Origin: a virus
Taxonomy: Duplodnaviria > Heunggongvirae > Uroviricota > Caudoviricetes
Length of the DNA stretch: 10,282 nt
Virus record (IMG/VR): IMGVR_UViG_2778261676_000001
Direction: 5' to 3' (one strand)
Shown here in pieces: positions 7,284-10,282 of this stretch (position 1 is its first letter; each line of letters begins with the position of its first letter). Under the pieces are notes generated by a model. That model was not told the origin of the DNA. It was given only the letters and a program-made list of their open reading frames with translations, and ran no database searches. A program made the position numbers and the translations under genes.

Positions 7284-7873
7284 TTTTCCTCACATATGTC
7301 ATATAGTAAAGGATTATATATACCGTTGTTTTGGACGCTCAAACAGCGAATCAGATCAAATAAAACGCACATTTGTTAACATTTACACAAAGTCTGCGTG
7401 GGATATTCTGAAAGAATATCCATAATGTGGAGAGAATCTATTGAAGTGCATGGTGCCGGGTGCCTCCCGGTGAACAAAATGTTCGTGATACCTGTCGGCG
7501 ACAGAAAAGGTTAATGGTATCACCCCACCGCACAGGGGGATTCACCATGCAGGAGTTTTCTTAGCAAACTCACTGCGCGCCCGGCAACTCCCAACCACAT
7601 AAAATGCGGAGTTTGTGGTATTTATGCATATAACTCGCAGGAATTATCTTAAAAAACTGATGTCGATCCGGATTAAAAAGAAGCAGGTCATCATCAGATG
7701 ACTGGAAAAAAGGAAAACAAAAAATACTCATCATACAGTTTTGATTGCAGGGATGAGCCTGCTATGCACAATATGCAGAATATAAGCAAGATAAAAATAT
7801 GCAGGCATATTATTTCGGATTTTGTTATTAACACAACCTTTTTAATAATCATTTGGCATACAATAAACCAGCC

Positions 7874-7900
7874 CAAAAAGAACCGCCTAAACAGGCGGTT
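7874..7900 (-). terminator. Intrinsic terminator in the Q-to-lysis intergenic region (candidate tR-prime-like)
   Basis: 8-bp stem AACCGCCT / AGGCGGTT with a 4-nt loop (7881-7900), followed on the minus strand by CTTTTT. No U-tract on the plus strand. Confidence 0.6.
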
Positions 7901-8144
7901 GGTCAATACAAAGGATGCTTCGTCTTTATTATAGTAATCTGAGGCGTCGGGTGTCTTGTATCAGACAACATATTGTCCCGCTAAACAGCGAATTACAAAC
8001 CACCCTGCAATGATCTCTCATCTCATTTTATATGAGTTGACGACATCAGGATAACGCATCATCAGCCCCTGCCAAGAAATATCAAAACTCCCGCCAGCAA
8101 TGTGTTATCACAATATTGTAAAAAAAACACAGCACCGAAACTAT

Positions 8145-8183
8145 AACTGGTCTCTGTTATAATTTGGAGCAGAAAGACCAGTT
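8145..8183. repeat. Perfect 9-bp inverted repeat (AACTGGTCT ... AGACCAGTT) with 21-bp spacer enclosing an extended -10-like element
   Basis: 8145-8153 AACTGGTCT is the exact reverse complement of 8175-8183 AGACCAGTT. The spacer contains TGTTATAAT (8155-8163, plus strand). Confidence 0.5.
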
Positions 8184-8220
8184 GCCCAACTAGCAGCATT
8201 CTCCCCTGCTTTCCTGACGT

Positions 8221-8247
8221 AAAAAAACCGCATTAAGCGGTTTTTTT
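8221..8247. terminator. Bidirectional intrinsic terminator just downstream of the Q-like gene
   Basis: AAAAAAACCGC-ATTAA-GCGGTTTTTTT: a GC stem flanked symmetrically by A7 and T7 tracts, so a hairpin plus U-tract forms on either strand. Confidence 0.65.
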
Positions 8248-8327
8248 ACGATGTCCATGTCTGCAATCCGCCTCGCGATACAGCTTTGCGAAGCATAGCA
8301 AAATTGAAGCAGTTTATACGTAAGAAA

Positions 8328-8870
8328 TCAAGCCATTTTCTCAGCAAATGATTCACGCATGGGAATATATAGGGCATACTCAGCAACAGCTAACCAATTA
8401 GCAATCCGTTTTTCGCATGTGCTAAAACACCACTCTGGGTGTGCATCATTTAGCAATTCAGCCATTTTGCGCTTAGTCATCCCTCGCCCTTCATAGCGTT
8501 GCCGGAGAATGCAAATCAATCCTGGATGCTCTGCCAGCACCTCACTTATGACTCGATCAATACATAACGCCTCTGCATCAGTACAATGCGCCAGCCAGCT
8601 CTTTTGCTTGCCGTTGATCATCTCTCGCAAAAACGCTTCCAGCTCAGCTTTCTCTATTCCCGCTTTTTTCATTCTGCGCAGGGCTTCATTAATGGCTGTT
8701 TTCGTCAGTTTTTTGGATGCCAACAACTGATTGAACATATTCCCTGACCTGCCACCGCCAATATACGACCAGCGCCCCCACATACGTAGTTTTCCCTGAA
8801 TCCAGACACTTTCCAGCGTGGTGAGGCGAAGGTGTTCTCCGCTTTTTCCTGTATTCGTTGGGTAAATCAT
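8328..8870 (-). CDS. Putative late-gene regulator (antiterminator Q-like) with C-terminal sigma-70 region-4-like HTH
   Basis: 180-aa ORF immediately downstream of, and translationally coupled to, the YbcO-like nin gene (ATGA overlap at 8867-8870). This is the position Q occupies in lambdoid phages, upstream of the lysis cassette. C-terminal LRQRYEGRGMTKRKMAELLNDAHPEWCFSTCEKRIANWLAVAE resembles an HTH of the sigma region 4 / LuxR type. Family assignment is by position and motif only. Confidence 0.5.
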   Translation of the reverse strand: MIYPTNTGKSGEHLRLTTLESVWIQGKLRMWGRWSYIGGGRSGNMFNQLLASKKLTKTAINEALRRMKKAGIEKAELEAFLREMINGKQKSWLAHCTDAEALCIDRVISEVLAEHPGLICILRQRYEGRGMTKRKMAELLNDAHPEWCFSTCEKRIANWLAVAEYALYIPMRESFAEKMA

Positions 8871-9157
8871 AAATGACCTTTCTTTCTCCAGATTTCTTGT
8901 GTGCGAAAAACCCCTTCAGCATGCATCAGGCGCAATTCTTCTTTGGTGTAATCGCTGGTTTTTACCCGCCCGTCGATTAGATCGTGGCATGAGCTACAGG
9001 CTATCGCCGCCTGCATATCGTGTGGTTTTGTCGCTGTTCCGCACGTCCCCGCCAGCCTGTAATGCGCCAGCACAGAGGTTTCGGGATTGTGATTGCAGTA
9101 GCCAGGGATTCTGATCTGGCACATCTGGCCTTTAGCCGCTTTACGTAAATTCACCAT
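8867..9157 (-). CDS. ybcO: YbcO-like nin-region protein (DUF1364, Cys-rich putative nuclease)
   Basis: 96 aa: MVNLRKAAKGQMCQIRIPGYCNHNPETSVLAHYRLAGTCGTATKPHDMQAAIACSSCHDLIDGR... matches the conserved pattern of DLP12 YbcO as I recall it (LRKAA.G..CQ.RIPG.CN.NPETSVLAH.RL.G.CGT.TKP.D..A.IACS.CHD.ID.R). Start ATG overlaps the upstream gene stop (TAATG). Confidence 0.8.
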   Translation of the reverse strand: MVNLRKAAKGQMCQIRIPGYCNHNPETSVLAHYRLAGTCGTATKPHDMQAAIACSSCHDLIDGRVKTSDYTKEELRLMHAEGVFRTQEIWRKKGHL

Positions 9158-9756
9158 TACGCAAACTCCAGTAGTTGTGCGGCCACATTTTCAACTTCCT
9201 CCTGAGAGGAGAATTTACGGAACAGAATCCAGTTCCACAGCACATTCAGTACAGATTTATAAACCTGCTGAAACTCGACTTCGTCCATATTCGCAAAAGC
9301 GATGGATTTTGCCCGACGCCCACGGCTACCGTCCGGATAAATATGCTCGGTGTAAAATCCGGCCTGAATGGTTACCCACTCGCGGAAAGCCTCAAACGAC
9401 TTTAGCAACGCCGTATCCCGGGTTCTACGAGTCGCAACGGTGTTAAGGTATTGCTCTGCGGCATCACTCAGGGCTGGCGTGTGTTCCCGACCAACTGATT
9501 CGCACAGGTAATCAACGAAACCAGACAGCAGTTCTCGTTCGCGAGGCGTGATCGCCCCACCGACCGGAGTCCAGTAATCGAATCCCAGTTGCAGGAGTTT
9601 GAAAAAACGCTTGTGGAATGCGTAGTTACGCACACGCTTAAAGTCTGCGTGTATCCACTCACCTATTTTGATTTGATGCAGAAAATCGCAACTCTCCGGC
9701 GTCGCCGGGAGAAGTAAACCAGAAGAAGTTTGTTTGACCAGTTGTATATGCGCCAT
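9157..9756 (-). CDS. Conserved lambdoid nin-region protein (DUF1367-like, ~200 aa)
   Basis: 199-aa ORF, ATG at 9754-9756 with GAGAG upstream; coupled to the ybcO-like gene. Size and neighbourhood (directly upstream of DUF1364 and Q) match the DUF1367 family from memory; the family call is not verified by search. Confidence 0.6.
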   Translation of the reverse strand: MAHIQLVKQTSSGLLLPATPESCDFLHQIKIGEWIHADFKRVRNYAFHKRFFKLLQLGFDYWTPVGGAITPRERELLSGFVDYLCESVGREHTPALSDAAEQYLNTVATRRTRDTALLKSFEAFREWVTIQAGFYTEHIYPDGSRGRRAKSIAFANMDEVEFQQVYKSVLNVLWNWILFRKFSSQEEVENVAAQLLEFA

Positions 9757-10282
9757 TTCTCAATCTCTCGATGGCGCAGTGCAGCAGATGCCAGTTGTTC
9801 AGGCTGACGTATAAAGTATAAATAAACTGGTTCCAGTGTAAAGCCCCCACCTTAATGGAATAAAAACCAAACAACAGATTGCTGGGATACAAACAACGCT
9901 TATTATTAAAAGCGGTTAAACAAATTAAATTTTAATGTTATGCAAATTTGTCAGATCACCATAATATCTCATTTGAAAACCGCTGAAATAACAGCCCTAT
10001 CAGGGTTAATCATATTAAGGTGAGTAAATATGGAAAACAACAAATCTGTACATTACGTTCCTTTTTTATCTGTAATACTTTTTGTTTTATGCTGTGCGTG
10101 GGCATTATTTTTATAAAAATATTTACAGATGAAGTAAACCCGCCAATCAGGTTAACTGTGGCTGCGTTGAGGATGCATAATACATCAGAGGTTGCGGGGA
10201 TTTCTCCCATAAGCGCTAACTTAAGGGTTGTGGTATTACGCCTGATATGATTTAACGTGCCGATGAATTACTCTCACGATAA

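Noticed and set aside
7694-7934. Overlapping small ORFs 7698..7934 (+, 78 aa) and 7694..7906 (-, 70 aa, TTG start)
   Set aside because: Both span the strong terminator hairpin at 7874-7900, lie in AT-rich low-complexity sequence and lack convincing ribosome-binding sites. A shorter 52-aa hydrophobic minus-strand version from ATG 7852 cannot be excluded but has no support beyond hydrophobicity.
7284-8327. tRNA genes or Shiga-toxin-like AB5 genes in the Q-to-holin gap, as found in Stx phages
   Set aside because: Scanned both strands for T-arm GTTCRANYC motifs and cloverleaf-compatible ~76-nt segments and found none. The only sizeable genes nearby are the two lipoproteins, which have no A or B subunit features.
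8248-8327. A lambda-like pR-prime promoter directly downstream of the Q-like stop codon
   Set aside because: The only -10-like hexamer (TATAAA) has no acceptable -35 at 16-18 bp spacing and no TG extension, so I could not support a promoter call here.
10010-10250. ORF-track entries 10010..10210 (-, 66 aa) and 10020..10250 (+, 76 aa, GTG start)
   Set aside because: No Shine-Dalgarno and mutually overlapping. The only well-supported reading frame here is the shorter 28-aa plus-strand ORF at 10030..10116 in a different frame.
1-10282. CRISPR array or insertion sequence
   Set aside because: No array of regularly spaced direct repeats and no transposase ORF or terminal inverted repeats were seen anywhere in the window.

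Overview
This 10.3-kb window is the late/accessory region of a defective lambdoid prophage, a mosaic of Rac-like and DLP12/phage-21-like modules, with every supported gene on the minus strand. Reading right to left: two nin-region genes (DUF1367-like, YbcO/DUF1364-like) translationally coupled to a Q-like late regulator (9756 to 8328); a gene-poor ~1-kb stretch with terminators, a perfect inverted repeat and a hairpin cluster (8327 to 7284); two paralogous lipoproteins whose mature domains resemble the TolA C-terminal domain (7283 to 6309); an intact phage-21-type lysis cassette of dual-start pinholin, SAR endolysin and Rz with embedded Rz1 (6057 to 4884); the AT-rich potassium-uptake moron trkG (4764 to 3289); a translationally coupled pair encoding a ParB/Srx-fold protein and a GT-A-type glycosyltransferase-like protein (3151 to 1144); and the C-terminal part of a side tail fiber gene that lacks its 5-prime end and runs off the window (1175 to 1). 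No terminase, head or tail-shaft genes lie between Rz and the tail fiber, so the element is a deletion derivative. The two most interesting items are the ParB-like/glycosyltransferase-like operon, which I do not recognise as a named system and which may be a DNA-targeted modification or defence module, and the TolA-domain-III-like lipoprotein pair. No rRNA, tRNA, CRISPR array or IS element was found. All calls rest on reading the sequence and on recalled protein families; no database search or folding calculation was run.
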